The notes below the pieces were generated by a model. It was not told where the DNA came from, made no database searches, and saw only the letters and a program-made list of their open reading frames with translations. Below, one piece after another: positions 18,834 to 28,927 of a stretch of 64,000 nucleotides of DNA; position 1 is the stretch's first letter; every line of letters begins with the position of its first letter. Both the position numbers and the translations under genes were made by a program. Source of the DNA: Candidatus Methylomirabilota bacterium (GTDB lineage: Bacteria; Methylomirabilota; Methylomirabilia; Rokubacteriales; CSP1-6). The stretch spans positions 1,483 to 65,482 of the forward strand of contig DASTFB010000101.1 of NCBI GenBank assembly GCA_035709005.1, read 5' to 3'.

Positions 18834-19681
18834 AGCTCGCCGCGGTGGGCGTGCTGACGGGCTGGGGCGCCGGGCTCGCGGCCTTCCCCGCCGATGCCCG
18901 GGAGGCGGCCGGCGATCGGCCGGTCGTGCCGCTGGCCGACCCGCTGCTGGCCGGAGAGCGTTTTCGCCGCGCCACCCGCGAGTGCCTGCTGGGCGTCGCG
19001 GCGGTCATGGAGCTGTTGAAGCGCGCCGGCATGGCCGGCCAGGCCATCCGGGGCTGCGACAGCGCCCTCGTCTACGTGACCGCCGGCGGCTATGGCGCCT
19101 CGAACCGCGCCTTCATCGAGGCCGGCTCGCGACCTGGCCGGGGAGCGCTCCACTTCCCGTACACGGCGCCGAGCGCCGTGCCGGCAGAGGTGGCCATCGA
19201 GTTCGGGCTGACCGGCCCCTACGTCATCCTGGTCGGCGGCGCCACGGCCACGCTGGATGCGCTCTGGCAGGCCGAGCGCCTGCTCGCCGAGGGCGCGTGT
19301 CGCCGGGCGCTCGTCGTGGCCGTCGAGACGTTCGCCGAATGCGCCGACCTCTACCGTCGCGCCCGCTGGCTCGTGAGCCGGCCCCTCGTGGAGGCTGCCG
19401 TCGCGGCGTTGTTCCTGCCCGGCGAGCCGGCCTCGACGGTCCAGCCAGCCGTCGAACCGGCGGCGCTGGAGCGACTGGCCCGGAAGCGGGCCGGCGAGAC
19501 CCTGGCCTGCGCCCCGCTGATCCAGTTGGCGCTGGCGCAGGAGTTAGGCGAAGATGCCGGTGACCTCACCGGCATCTGGCGCGGGCGGCGCGCCGCGCTC
19601 GTCGCCCGCCGGGGAGCCGGCCCGGGCCGCCGCCGTCCGGACCAGATCGTCTGCGCTGCCGTTGCTCCGGCGGCGCGCTAG
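18830..19681 (+). CDS. KS N-terminal-like / chain-length-factor-like protein lacking the catalytic Cys (partner of KS1)
   Basis: 283 aa with a thiolase-fold N-domain (YVTAGGYGASNRAF) but no Cys-His-His triad. Translationally coupled to KS1. Confidence 0.6.
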   Translation: MKLAAVGVLTGWGAGLAAFPADAREAAGDRPVVPLADPLLAGERFRRATRECLLGVAAVMELLKRAGMAGQAIRGCDSALVYVTAGGYGASNRAFIEAGSRPGRGALHFPYTAPSAVPAEVAIEFGLTGPYVILVGGATATLDALWQAERLLAEGACRRALVVAVETFAECADLYRRARWLVSRPLVEAAVAALFLPGEPASTVQPAVEPAALERLARKRAGETLACAPLIQLALAQELGEDAGDLTGIWRGRRAALVARRGAGPGRRRPDQIVCAAVAPAAR

Positions 19682-19690
19682 AAGGGGGCC

Positions 19691-19969
19691 ATGGAACCGC
19701 GGGACGTGCTGGAAGACCTCAGGGGCATATTCGTGAGCCGGCTCAAGTTCGAGCCGCGCCGGGTGGCCGACATCGGACCCGAGACCGCGTTGCCCAAGGG
19801 CATAGAGGGTTCGATCGGCCTCGACTCGCTGGACTTCATCGAGCTGGGGTTGGCCATCGAGGATCGCTTCGGCGTCGTGGTCGACGAGTCCCAGGACGAC
19901 CTCGCCGAGCACTTCGCGACGTTCGGGACCCTGTGTCGCTTCATCGTGGAGCGGGCCAAGCCGGCATGA
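19691..19969 (+). CDS. Acyl carrier protein
   Basis: 92 aa with the phosphopantetheine attachment motif GLDSLDFIEL. RBS GAAGGGGG. Confidence 0.8.
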   Translation: MEPRDVLEDLRGIFVSRLKFEPRRVADIGPETALPKGIEGSIGLDSLDFIELGLAIEDRFGVVVDESQDDLAEHFATFGTLCRFIVERAKPA

Positions 19970-21144
19970 AACGCGTCGTCGTCACCGGCGTCGGCGCCGT
20001 CAGCCCGTTCGGTCCGGGCGTCAAGGGTTACTGGGACGGGGTTCGCAGCGGCGTCTGCGCCATCCGGCCGGTCACGCTGATCGACGTCGACGGGCTCCGC
20101 TGCCGGATCGCCGCCGAGGTCCCGGAGCCGGTCCTGGCCTCGGCGCGACGGTCACGCGCCGATCGCCTGGCGCTGCAGGCGGCGCGCGAGGCCGCCGAGG
20201 ATGCGGGTCTGGGCGGCGACGAGCGCGGGCAGGCCGGGCTCGTCGTCGGCGCGGTCGGCGGCGGCATGCTCGAGGTCGAGCCGTGGTACTGGCGAGTGGG
20301 CGAGGCCGACGGACGTGGCCTGCCCCGCGCGGCGCTCCGGGCGATCCTACCCTCGTCGCACGCCGACGTGATCGGTCATGCCCTCGGGCTGGGCGGCCCC
20401 CGTGAGACGCTGGTGACCGCCTGCAGCTCCGGCGCGGCCTCCATCGCGGTGGCCGCGGAGCTGATCCTGGACGGCGTCACGCCGGTGGCGCTGGCCGGGG
20501 GGGCGGACGCCCTGACCCGTATCTGCTATCTCGGCTTCAACGCCCTGAAGCTGCTCGACCCCGAGCCCTGCCGCCCGTTCGACCGGGAACGCCGGGGAAT
20601 GTCGATCGGCGAAGGCGCGGCCTTCCTCGTCCTCGAAGACGCCGAGCACGCGCGGGCCCGCGGGGCGCGCGCGTACGCGGAGCTGGCCGGCTGCGGCATG
20701 ACCTCGGACGCCTTTCACGTCACCTCGCCCGATCCCGGCGGTGACGGCATGGTGCGCGCCATGCGCGCGGCGCTGGCCGCGGCGGGCCTGCCGCCCGCGG
20801 CGGTCGGCTACTGCAATGCGCACGGCACCGGGACCCTGCAGAACGATCGCATCGAGGCGCGCGCGCTGCGGCAGGTCTTCGGCGACGGCGGGCTGCTGGT
20901 GAGCTCGACGAAGTCGATGATCGGCCACACGATGGCTGCCGCCGGCAGCCTGGAGGCGCTGGCCACGATCCTGGCGCTCGGCCACGAGACCGTGCCGCCC
21001 ACGGCGAGCCTTCGCACTCCGGATGCCGACGTGCCCTTCGACTGCGTGGCGGGCCAGGCCCGCGAGGCTCCGCTGGAGTACGCCATCTCGAACTCGTTCG
21101 GCTTCGGCGGCCAGAACGTCACGTTACTGTTCCGGCGAGCATGA
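19966..21144 (+). CDS. Beta-ketoacyl-ACP synthase, KS2
   Basis: TACSSGAAS (Cys), CNAHGTGT and GHTMAAAG (His). ATGA overlap with the ACP stop. Confidence 0.85.
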   Translation: MKRVVVTGVGAVSPFGPGVKGYWDGVRSGVCAIRPVTLIDVDGLRCRIAAEVPEPVLASARRSRADRLALQAAREAAEDAGLGGDERGQAGLVVGAVGGGMLEVEPWYWRVGEADGRGLPRAALRAILPSSHADVIGHALGLGGPRETLVTACSSGAASIAVAAELILDGVTPVALAGGADALTRICYLGFNALKLLDPEPCRPFDRERRGMSIGEGAAFLVLEDAEHARARGARAYAELAGCGMTSDAFHVTSPDPGGDGMVRAMRAALAAAGLPPAAVGYCNAHGTGTLQNDRIEARALRQVFGDGGLLVSSTKSMIGHTMAAAGSLEALATILALGHETVPPTASLRTPDADVPFDCVAGQAREAPLEYAISNSFGFGGQNVTLLFRRA

Positions 21145-22175
21145 GCATCCCGGTCGTCATCACCGGCGTGGGCGTGGTCCACGCTAGCGCCATCGGCGGC
21201 GCCGACGCGCTGGCCGGCGCCCTGTCGGCGACGGCGCCGGACCTGCGGCCGATCGACGCTCTTCCCGAGGATCTGATCGACGAGACCGAGCTGCGGCGGC
21301 TCTCGCGCGTGTGCCAGCTCGCCGTGGCGGCCGGACGGCTGGCCGTCGCCGATGCCGGCGTGGAGCCGGGTGCCGCGCTGGGCCTGATCGTCGGGACGGA
21401 GTTCGGTGACTTCTCCTCCACGCGAGCCTTCGCCGACGGCTTCTTGAAGGCGGGCCCCGCAGGCTTGTCGGCCCTGCAGTTTCCCAACACGGTCATGAAC
21501 ACGATGGCCGCCGCGACGACGATCGCGCTGACGGCGCGATCGTCCTCGCTCACGCTCAACGCCCGTGTCGTCGCGGGCGAGCTCGCGCTGGCCCGGGCCG
21601 CCGCGGCCATCGCTGCCGGTCGGGCCCGGACGCTGATCGCCGGCGGCGTGGATCAGGTGGAGCCCCTCGTCGCCGAGGCGCTGCCCGCCCTCGGCGAGCC
21701 GGCGGTGGAGGGGGAGGGCGCCACGTTTCTGGTCCTGGAATCCGGCGACTCGGCGCGGGCACGGGGTGCGCGCGTGCTGGCCCGGATCGCCGGCACGGCT
21801 TCGCGCGCGCTCGCCGCACGTCCGCACGGTGTCGGCCGTCACGACGGCTCCCGCGCCATTCCGGCTGCGCTCCAGGCCGCCGGTCTGGATGCCGGGGCCA
21901 TCGGCTGGGTGTACGACTCGGCCTCGGGCGACGCAGTCCGAGACGCCTGGCAAGCGCGGCTGCTCGCCCGGGCGCTGGCGCCGGCCGAGCCGCTGCGGGC
22001 GAGCCTGCGTTCCCGGCTGGGGGCTCATGCCGGCGTGAGCGCGATGGGGCTCGCCGCGGCGGCGTGGACGACCGGGTCCGGTCATCTGCCGTGGCGCGGA
22101 GCTGCTGCTCGCGGTCCCGGCCTCGTCTACGGCCTCGCCCGAGGCGGCACCGAGGTCGCGCTGGTCGTCCGGTGA
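21141..22175 (+). CDS. KS-like / chain-length-factor-like protein lacking the catalytic Cys (partner of KS2)
   Basis: 344 aa with a KS-fold and no active-site Cys. ATGA overlap with KS2. Confidence 0.6.
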   Translation: MSIPVVITGVGVVHASAIGGADALAGALSATAPDLRPIDALPEDLIDETELRRLSRVCQLAVAAGRLAVADAGVEPGAALGLIVGTEFGDFSSTRAFADGFLKAGPAGLSALQFPNTVMNTMAAATTIALTARSSSLTLNARVVAGELALARAAAAIAAGRARTLIAGGVDQVEPLVAEALPALGEPAVEGEGATFLVLESGDSARARGARVLARIAGTASRALAARPHGVGRHDGSRAIPAALQAAGLDAGAIGWVYDSASGDAVRDAWQARLLARALAPAEPLRASLRSRLGAHAGVSAMGLAAAAWTTGSGHLPWRGAAARGPGLVYGLARGGTEVALVVR

Positions 22176-23260
22176 CCGTCTGGATCGCGATCCCCGTGTT
22201 CAACGAGGCCGGCACGGTGGGCGAGGTCGTGCGCGCGGCCCGGCGGCACGCGCCCGTGCTGGTCGTCGACGACGGCTCGAGCGACGACAGCGGCCGGGTG
22301 GCGACGGCGGCGGGCGCCGAGGTCATTCGCCATTCGCGTCGCCTGGGCAAGGGGCCGGCGCTGCGCACGGCCCTCACCGCCGCCCGCCACCGGGGTGCCT
22401 CTCACCTCGTCACGCTGGACGGTGATGGCCAGCACGCCCCGGACGACGTGCCGGTGCTGCTGGCGGCGGCCCGGCAGGCGCCCGGCGCCATCATCGTGGG
22501 CACCCGCGTGGGATCCGACGGACAGGCCCCGGGCCTGCCGGTGGACCGTCTCAACGCCATTCGTCTGGCGGGGTTCTTCGTGAACTGGTCCAGCGGGCTC
22601 AGCCTGGGCGACACCCAGTCTGGATTCCGCGTGTACCCGGTGAGCGCCCTGGACGGCATGGCTCTCCGGCGCGGCGGCTTCGTCCTCGAGACGGAAGCGC
22701 TGGTGACTGCGGCCACCCGCGGGATACCGGTCCACGAGGTGCCGATCACAGTGATCCCCCGGGCGGCCCGGCGCAGTCGCTTCCGCCCGGTGGCCGACGG
22801 AGTGGCGATCGGCTCGTATCTCGCCGGGCGAACGCTGCGGCGCTGGGCTGCCGAGGCGCGGGCGGCCGTCGTGGAGGTGGCCGCGGTGCTCAGCCGCGAC
22901 CGCCGCCGCGCTCGTCATGCCGACATGCTGCAGGCCGGAGCCGCACGCGCCGACTCCTTCGCCGGTTGGGGCGTGGCCATCAGCGCGGTCGCCGCCTCCC
23001 ACGCCAGCGCTCGCCTGACGTACTGGTGGGCTCATCCCCGCCGGCGCCGCGCGACCGCGGCCGCCGGCGCGATCCTGACGCTGCCGGTGGTGCTCGCTCT
23101 GACGATCACCCAGGTCGTGGCCGGACGCTTCTTGCCGGACCTCGTGACACCCCTGGTCGATCGCGTGTTCTCTCAGGCCCGGCTCGGCGCTGCCCAGCCG
23201 CCAGGCCGGCCACGCCAGCGGCCTGACGGGACGGGCGCGACCGTCGCTACGCTGCCATGA
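22172..23260 (+). CDS. GT2 glycosyltransferase with a C-terminal membrane region (ArnC/DPM1/GtrB-like polyprenyl-phosphate sugar transferase)
   Basis: AIPVFNE...VVDDGSSD...DGDGQHAP (DxD) motifs of the GT-A fold. C-terminal TM helices. GTGA overlap with the upstream gene. Confidence 0.75.
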   Translation: MTVWIAIPVFNEAGTVGEVVRAARRHAPVLVVDDGSSDDSGRVATAAGAEVIRHSRRLGKGPALRTALTAARHRGASHLVTLDGDGQHAPDDVPVLLAAARQAPGAIIVGTRVGSDGQAPGLPVDRLNAIRLAGFFVNWSSGLSLGDTQSGFRVYPVSALDGMALRRGGFVLETEALVTAATRGIPVHEVPITVIPRAARRSRFRPVADGVAIGSYLAGRTLRRWAAEARAAVVEVAAVLSRDRRRARHADMLQAGAARADSFAGWGVAISAVAASHASARLTYWWAHPRRRRATAAAGAILTLPVVLALTITQVVAGRFLPDLVTPLVDRVFSQARLGAAQPPGRPRQRPDGTGATVATLP

Positions 23261-24531
23261 ACGCGGCCGAGACCTTCGACGTCGTGGTGGTGGGAGGCGG
23301 TCCCGGTGGCTCCACGACGGCCAGCTTCCTGGCCGACGGGGGTTTGCGCGTGGCGCTCTTCGAGCGCGAGGTCTTTCCGCGCTTCCACGTCGGAGAGTCG
23401 CTCATGCCGGCCGCCATGTGGGTGCTGGAGCGGATGGGCGCGCGTCAGGCCGTGGAGTCGGCGGGGTTCCAGATCAAGTACGGGGCGACCTTCGTCGATA
23501 CCGAGGAGGAGCGGGAGGCGAGCTTCTTCTTCCTCACCGGCCAGGCCTGGCCGAGCTACACCTATCAGGTGCCCCGGGCGGAGTTCGACACCCTGCTCCT
23601 CGACCACGCGCGCAGCCGCGGCGTGACCGTGTACCAACCGGCGACCGTGGAGACAGCCGCCTTCGACGGCGAGGGCGTGGCCGTGACCGCGGCGGCCGAC
23701 GGACGCCCGCTGAGCGTGCGGGCCAGCATGCTGGTCGACGCCAGCGGCCGCGACGGCTTTCTGGCCGCTCGGCTCGGTCGTCGGCAGCGCATCCCGAACC
23801 TCGGCAAGGTGGCTCTCTTCGCGCACTTCCGCGGGGCCGACCGGCTCGGCGGCAAGGCAGAGGGCAACATCCGCGTCTACGTATTCCCCGAGGGCTGGTT
23901 CTGGTGGATCCCGCTGGCCAACGATCTCACCAGCGTGGGCGTGGTGATGCACGCGCGCACGGTGCGCGACTGGACGGGCAGTCACGAGGATCTCTACGCC
24001 AGGATGATCGGACGGTGCGCCGGGGTGGCGGCCGGGCTCGGCCACGCGGAGCGAGTCACCGCCGTGCATCCGATCGCGAACTTCTCCTATCTCAACCGGC
24101 CTGTCGTCGGGGACCGCTACCTGGCGGTGGGGGACGCCGTGATGTTCGTCGATCCCATCTTCTCGGGCGGCGTCTACATCGCCATGCGGACGGGGCAACT
24201 GGCCGCCGAGGCGATCCTGGCGGCCTTCCGGGACGGCCGCTTCGAGGCGCGGCGCTTCGCGGCCTACGAGCGACGGATCCGCCGAGGGGTGGCGCCGTTG
24301 CTGCGCTTCATCCACCGGTACTACGAGCCGGCGTTCTTCTACCTGTTGATGCGGCCGCACAACTACTTCGGCGTGTACACCGCGGTGCTCAACGTGCTGT
24401 CGGGCGGCAGCTTCGTCCGGATGCGCTGGCGCACCCGGCTGTCCCTGGCCATCCTCTTCGGCGTGGCCCGTGGCCACCGGCTGCTCCGCTGGTGGTCGGG
24501 CCTGCCCATCGCCTCCCGCCTGGAGTGGTAG
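23257..24531 (+). CDS. Flavin-dependent halogenase
   Basis: N-terminal GGGPGG FAD fold. The halogenase signature GWxWxIP is present as GWFWWIP. Confidence 0.7.
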   Translation: MNAAETFDVVVVGGGPGGSTTASFLADGGLRVALFEREVFPRFHVGESLMPAAMWVLERMGARQAVESAGFQIKYGATFVDTEEEREASFFFLTGQAWPSYTYQVPRAEFDTLLLDHARSRGVTVYQPATVETAAFDGEGVAVTAAADGRPLSVRASMLVDASGRDGFLAARLGRRQRIPNLGKVALFAHFRGADRLGGKAEGNIRVYVFPEGWFWWIPLANDLTSVGVVMHARTVRDWTGSHEDLYARMIGRCAGVAAGLGHAERVTAVHPIANFSYLNRPVVGDRYLAVGDAVMFVDPIFSGGVYIAMRTGQLAAEAILAAFRDGRFEARRFAAYERRIRRGVAPLLRFIHRYYEPAFFYLLMRPHNYFGVYTAVLNVLSGGSFVRMRWRTRLSLAILFGVARGHRLLRWWSGLPIASRLEW

Positions 24532-24541
24532 GGGAGGACGG

Positions 24542-25720
24542 ATGAGGATTTTGCGGTCCTACGCCTTCACGGCTCTCGGCATCGCCATCGGCGTGGCCGG
24601 GCTGGTGGCCCTGGGCGCGATGAGCGAGCGGATCATGCGCTTCATCGAGGGCGGCGACCGGTTCGTGCTCGGTCAGATCTCCGTGGCCGGTCAGGGGATG
24701 GGGATGGGCGCCGGCTTCACCGCTGGCGGCCTGCTGCCCGCGGCGAAGATCCAGGCGATCGGCGCGGTGCCCGGGGTATCCGGTGTGCAGCCGCAAGTCA
24801 TGCTGCCGCTCAACCCGTCGACGTCCCAGTTCATGACCTTGACCCAGGAGCTGGTCCTCGGCATCGATCTGTCGGTGCCCAGTCCGAACCGACACTATCC
24901 GGCGTTGCCCGTGCAGGCCGGGCGCTTCCTGCAGCCGGGGGACAGGTACGCGGCCGTGGTGGGCGCCGCCCTGGCCGCCTCCCGCGGCCTCGCCGTGGGC
25001 TCCCGCCTGACCCTGGAGGGGCGAGACTACGAAGTCGTGGGTGTGCTGGAGCGCATGCTCACGGCGCCCGACCGCTTCGTCGTCGTGTCGATCGAGGACG
25101 CCCGCGAGCAGTGGGTGGCCAAGGACGCCATGCTGCGCACGCTGTTGGCCTCGGGGGCGGCGGCGCTCACCGCCGCCGATCTGAACACGGGCGCGGCGGT
25201 CGGCTGGCGGGACGGCGCGGATCCCGACGCGCTGGCCGAGCGCATCCGGGCCGTGGTGCCGGGCGTGAACGTCCAGCTCCCGCGCGAGCTGAGCAGGCTT
25301 CTGCAGTCGTCGACGGTGTTCTTCTCCGCCCTCGTCGTCGGGATCGCGGTCCTGGGCCTGGTGATCGGCGGGCTCTCGGTGGCCAACACGGTGGCCGCCG
25401 CCGTGTTCGAGCGGCTGCGCGACTTCGGGATCAAGCGGGCTCTGGGGGCCACCGACCTTCAGCTCGGACGGGAAGTGCTCGCCGAGGCGCTGGCCGTGAC
25501 GGTGTCCGGGGGGCTCGCCGGTATCGCGCTCGCCGTCGGGCTCGGCCTGGCGATCGACCAGTGGTCCGGCGTCAAGGGCCAGCAGCTGTTCCTGTTCTCG
25601 CCCCGCCTGGTGGGCGGGGCGCTGGGCTTCTCCCTGCTGCTGGGCGGACTGGCGGCGCTGTACGCCACGCTGCGCGTGGCGCGCCTGTCGCCCGCGGAAG
25701 CCATGCGCCGGGGCGCCTGA
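24542..25720 (+). CDS. ABC transporter permease, FtsX/MacB/LolC-like
   Basis: N-terminal TM, large periplasmic domain, C-terminal FtsX 3-TM bundle. RBS GGGGAGGACGG. Confidence 0.8.
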   Translation: MRILRSYAFTALGIAIGVAGLVALGAMSERIMRFIEGGDRFVLGQISVAGQGMGMGAGFTAGGLLPAAKIQAIGAVPGVSGVQPQVMLPLNPSTSQFMTLTQELVLGIDLSVPSPNRHYPALPVQAGRFLQPGDRYAAVVGAALAASRGLAVGSRLTLEGRDYEVVGVLERMLTAPDRFVVVSIEDAREQWVAKDAMLRTLLASGAAALTAADLNTGAAVGWRDGADPDALAERIRAVVPGVNVQLPRELSRLLQSSTVFFSALVVGIAVLGLVIGGLSVANTVAAAVFERLRDFGIKRALGATDLQLGREVLAEALAVTVSGGLAGIALAVGLGLAIDQWSGVKGQQLFLFSPRLVGGALGFSLLLGGLAALYATLRVARLSPAEAMRRGA

Positions 25721-25724
25721 CGCC

Positions 25725-26390
25725 GTGCTCCTGCGGGCCGAAGGGCTGGTCAAGTCGTACCGCGCGCCGTCCGGGGCCACGATCGCCGTGCTGGGCGGTA
25801 TCGATCTCAAGGTGGCGAGCGGGGAGCTGGTGGTGATCATCGGCCCGTCGGGGTCGGGCAAGAGCACCCTGCTGAACGTCCTGGGGCTGCTGGAGCAGCC
25901 CGACGCGGGCGACATCTGGTACGGCGACGAGCGGGTCAGCGCCCTGGGCCGCTCCCGGCGCAGCCAGGCCCGCGGGCGTCGGGTCGGCTTCGTGTTCCAG
26001 TCGTTCATGCTGTTGCCCTCGTTGACGGCGCTCGACAACGTCTTGCTGGCCGCCCGGTACGCCGGCAAGCCGGGCCCGGCCACGCGGCGGCGGGCCCTGG
26101 AGCTCCTCGAGGGCTTCGGGGTGCTCGATCGTCGCGATCACTACCCACCTCAGCTCTCGGGCGGCGAGCAGCAGCGGGTGGCCTTCTGCCGCGCGTTGCT
26201 CAACGATCCGCCCATCCTGCTGGCCGATGAGCCCACGGGGAACCTCGACGAGGACAACGCGCGAATCATCCTGGACGCGCTCCGGTACCGCGCGCGCGGA
26301 GGCGCCGCCGTGGTCGTGGTGAGCCACAACCCGGAGGTCGCCGCCGACGCGGCCGCCGTCCTGAGTCTCGAGCAGGGCACGTTGCGATAG
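25725..26390 (+). CDS. ABC transporter ATP-binding protein (MacB/LolD/DevA-like)
   Basis: GPSGSGKST, LSGGEQQRVA, LLADEPTGNLD. Confidence 0.85.
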   Translation: MLLRAEGLVKSYRAPSGATIAVLGGIDLKVASGELVVIIGPSGSGKSTLLNVLGLLEQPDAGDIWYGDERVSALGRSRRSQARGRRVGFVFQSFMLLPSLTALDNVLLAARYAGKPGPATRRRALELLEGFGVLDRRDHYPPQLSGGEQQRVAFCRALLNDPPILLADEPTGNLDEDNARIILDALRYRARGGAAVVVVSHNPEVAADAAAVLSLEQGTLR

Positions 26391-26415
26391 CATCCAGCAT
26401 CAAGGGGGACACGAG

Positions 26416-26832
26416 ATGAAAGTGGTCGCGATACTGCTGGCACTCGGCCTGGGACTGGCGGCTCCGGCCGCCGGCGCCGATCCCGTCGTGCGGACGTTCA
26501 ACGCACCCGTGGATCGCGTGTGGACGGTGACGGAGTCGGTGCTCAAGCACCTGGGCTGGGACATCGACAACGCCGACCGCGCGGTCGGCTTCATCACCAC
26601 CGAGTCCCGCTCGCTGGACGGCGAGGACTACGGCGTGTATGCCAAGGGCACGCGTCACCGGCTCCGCCTGCACGTCAAGGAGGTCAGCGCCGGCAAGACC
26701 TCGGTGAGCGTCGAGCGGATCGTCTTCAAGCGGGAGCGGATCTTGTTCGTGGACAAGGACGAGCCCCTGGTGGTCGGCGGCGACCAGTCGGTGGAGAAGA
26801 CGACGCTGGACACGATCGCCAAGGCGTTGTGA
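26416..26832 (+). CDS. Secreted hypothetical protein
   Basis: Cleavable signal peptide (AAPAAGA). Stop overlaps the next start (TGATG). RBS AAGGGGGA. Confidence 0.5.
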   Translation: MKVVAILLALGLGLAAPAAGADPVVRTFNAPVDRVWTVTESVLKHLGWDIDNADRAVGFITTESRSLDGEDYGVYAKGTRHRLRLHVKEVSAGKTSVSVERIVFKRERILFVDKDEPLVVGGDQSVEKTTLDTIAKAL

Positions 26833-27203
26833 TGGCCAAGACCCTCGCCCTGGTGCTTATTGCCGCCGTCATCGGGGGCACCGGCCACACCTTCCTGTCC
26901 AAGGGGATGCGGACGGTGGGCGATCTGACGGAAGCCCCGGCCCATCGCGTCGGCGGCATGGTGGCCCGCGCCCTGGCCAATCCCTGGCTGCTCCTCGGGG
27001 TGGCGCTGCAGGCCACGTTCTTCTTCCTGTACCTGACGCTCCTGTCGCGCGCCGAGGTGAGCCAGATCCTGCCGATGACCGCGATCGATTACATCGTCGT
27101 GGCCTTCCTCGCCTCGCTCGTGCTCGGCGAAGTGGTGACGCCCGTGCGGTGGGCCGGCATCGGGTTGATCGTCACCGGCGTGTTCCTGGTGTCGCGCACC
27201 TGA
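26832..27203 (+). CDS. Small EamA/SMR-like 4-TM protein resembling ArnE/ArnF undecaprenyl-phosphate-aminosugar flippase subunits
   Basis: 123 aa with four TM helices. The C-terminal half resembles the ArnE pattern (...PMTAIDYIVVAFLASLVLGEVVTPVRWAGIGLIVTGV...). Confidence 0.55.
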   Translation: MAKTLALVLIAAVIGGTGHTFLSKGMRTVGDLTEAPAHRVGGMVARALANPWLLLGVALQATFFFLYLTLLSRAEVSQILPMTAIDYIVVAFLASLVLGEVVTPVRWAGIGLIVTGVFLVSRT

Positions 27204-27205
27204 CC

Positions 27206-28927
27206 GTGACGCGGCGTCTGACGCTGGTCTGCGCGGCGGCCGTGGTCGTGGCCGCGGCCCCCTGGCTCCTGATCGGCCTGGGCGCGGCGCCGCTGGACGA
27301 CCCCGGAGAAGGCATGCACGTGCAGATCGCCCGCGAGTTGCGGGCCAGCGGCGACCCGTTGGACCTTCGCCTCAACGGTGTCCGGTACGTGGACAAGCCT
27401 CCGCTGCTCTATCTGCTCGTCGCCGGCGCCTTCGCGCTGGCCGGCGAGAGCGAGGCCGTGGCCCGGGCCGTGCCCGCCGCGGCCGCGCTGGCGGCAGTGG
27501 CGGCGGTGGCCTGGCTCGGCGCGCGGCTGCTCGGTCCCGGCGGCGGCGTGCTGGCGGCCGGCGCGCTGCTGACCAGCGTCGGCTTCTACGCCTACGGTCG
27601 CTACGTCCGGCCCGAAACGTTGTTCGTGGCGGCGCTGACGTGGGGCTTCGCCCTGGCCCTGATCGGAATCCTCGAGGAGCGCCCGGCGCTGGTGGCGGGC
27701 GGCTTCGCGGTGTTCGGTGTGGCCGCCGTCGCCAAAGATCCGCTGGGAGCGCTGGGGCCACCGGTGATCCTCGGGCTCGGTCTCGCGCTGGGTGGTCGCG
27801 CCCGCCCGCTGCGCCGCTGGCTTCCCCCCGCCGGCGTGGCGGCCGCGCTCCTGCTGGGTTTCGGCTGGTGGGCGCTGGCCGAGCTACGCAGTCCCGGCTT
27901 CACGTGGTACACGGTGGTCGACAACCACGTGTTGAACGTCCTCCGGGCGCGCCATTTTCCTGACGAGGACGTCCCCCTCCCCGCGCTGGAGTTCCTGGTG
28001 GTGGCCGCCATCGGCGCCGCGCCGTGGGTGATCGCGGCCGCGGCCGCCGTCGTGGCGCTGCTGCGCGATGGTCGCTGGCGGCGACCGGAGGAGGCGCCCT
28101 GGGTGGTGCTGACGTTGTGGGCGCTGGCCGTGCTGGGTCTCACAGCGCTGTCGGCGTTCCGGTTGCCCCACTACGGGTTGCCCGCGTACCCGGCCATCGC
28201 CCTGCTCGCCGCGCGTGGCTGGCTGCAGGGGCCGCGCCGGGTTCTGCTCAGCGTCCACCTCCTGGCCTTCGCGGCGCTCGCCGTCGCGTGTGCGGCGCTG
28301 TGGGCCGGCGGGAGCGAGCGGTTCGCCAGTCACGTGCTCGACGCCACCGACGTGGCCACGCGAAAAGGCCCCGAGGCCGGACACGCCAGCGTGGCCCCGC
28401 CCTGGGAGGCGATCCGACCACTGCTGGGGGCGACGGCGCTGATCTTCGCGGCGGCCGCGGGCGGCCTGGGCAGCCTGGCGCTCGCTCGCCGGGCGGCGGC
28501 CGGGCCGTGGGTACCCGCCCTGGTCCTGGGGGCGATGATGGCCGTCCTGCCCTGCGTCGGCACCGGGCTGGCCGCGGTGGCGGCGCACCGGGCCGTTCGT
28601 CCCCTGGCCGCCGAGCTGGCCCGGCGCGCGGGGCCCGACGATCTGATCGTGCACGAGGGGCCCCTGGAGAACTCCGGCGCGCTGGAGTGGTACGCGCAGC
28701 GTCGTCCCGTGATCGTGGACGGTCGGCGAAGCGTGCTGGGCTTCGGCGCCACCTTCGACGGCGCTGCCGATCTGCTCTGGGAGCCGGAACGGCTGGAGCG
28801 CGCCTGGGAGGACCGCCGGGTGTGGCTCGTCACGGTGCGGAGCCCCGCGCATTCCGTGGCCGCCGAGCTGCCGGGAGCCCGGCTGGTGGCCGAGGCCGGG
28901 GGACGCCGGCTCTACGTGAACCGGTGA
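27206..28927 (+). CDS. ArnT/PMT-like (GT83/GT39) integral-membrane glycosyltransferase
   Basis: Multi-TM N-terminal domain with the YVDKPPLLYLL motif characteristic of ArnT/GT39-family lipid-linked sugar transferases. GTG start 3 nt after the upstream stop. Confidence 0.7.
   Translation: MTRRLTLVCAAAVVVAAAPWLLIGLGAAPLDDPGEGMHVQIARELRASGDPLDLRLNGVRYVDKPPLLYLLVAGAFALAGESEAVARAVPAAAALAAVAAVAWLGARLLGPGGGVLAAGALLTSVGFYAYGRYVRPETLFVAALTWGFALALIGILEERPALVAGGFAVFGVAAVAKDPLGALGPPVILGLGLALGGRARPLRRWLPPAGVAAALLLGFGWWALAELRSPGFTWYTVVDNHVLNVLRARHFPDEDVPLPALEFLVVAAIGAAPWVIAAAAAVVALLRDGRWRRPEEAPWVVLTLWALAVLGLTALSAFRLPHYGLPAYPAIALLAARGWLQGPRRVLLSVHLLAFAALAVACAALWAGGSERFASHVLDATDVATRKGPEAGHASVAPPWEAIRPLLGATALIFAAAAGGLGSLALARRAAAGPWVPALVLGAMMAVLPCVGTGLAAVAAHRAVRPLAAELARRAGPDDLIVHEGPLENSGALEWYAQRRPVIVDGRRSVLGFGATFDGAADLLWEPERLERAWEDRRVWLVTVRSPAHSVAAELPGARLVAEAGGRRLYVNR

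Noticed and set aside
28024-28923. 5' extension of the rSAM ORF (770-aa version starting at 28024).
   Set aside because: - That frame runs through the ArnT-like gene in another frame and is Arg/Gly-rich.
- The conserved rSAM N-terminus begins at the GTG at 28924, overlapping the upstream stop.
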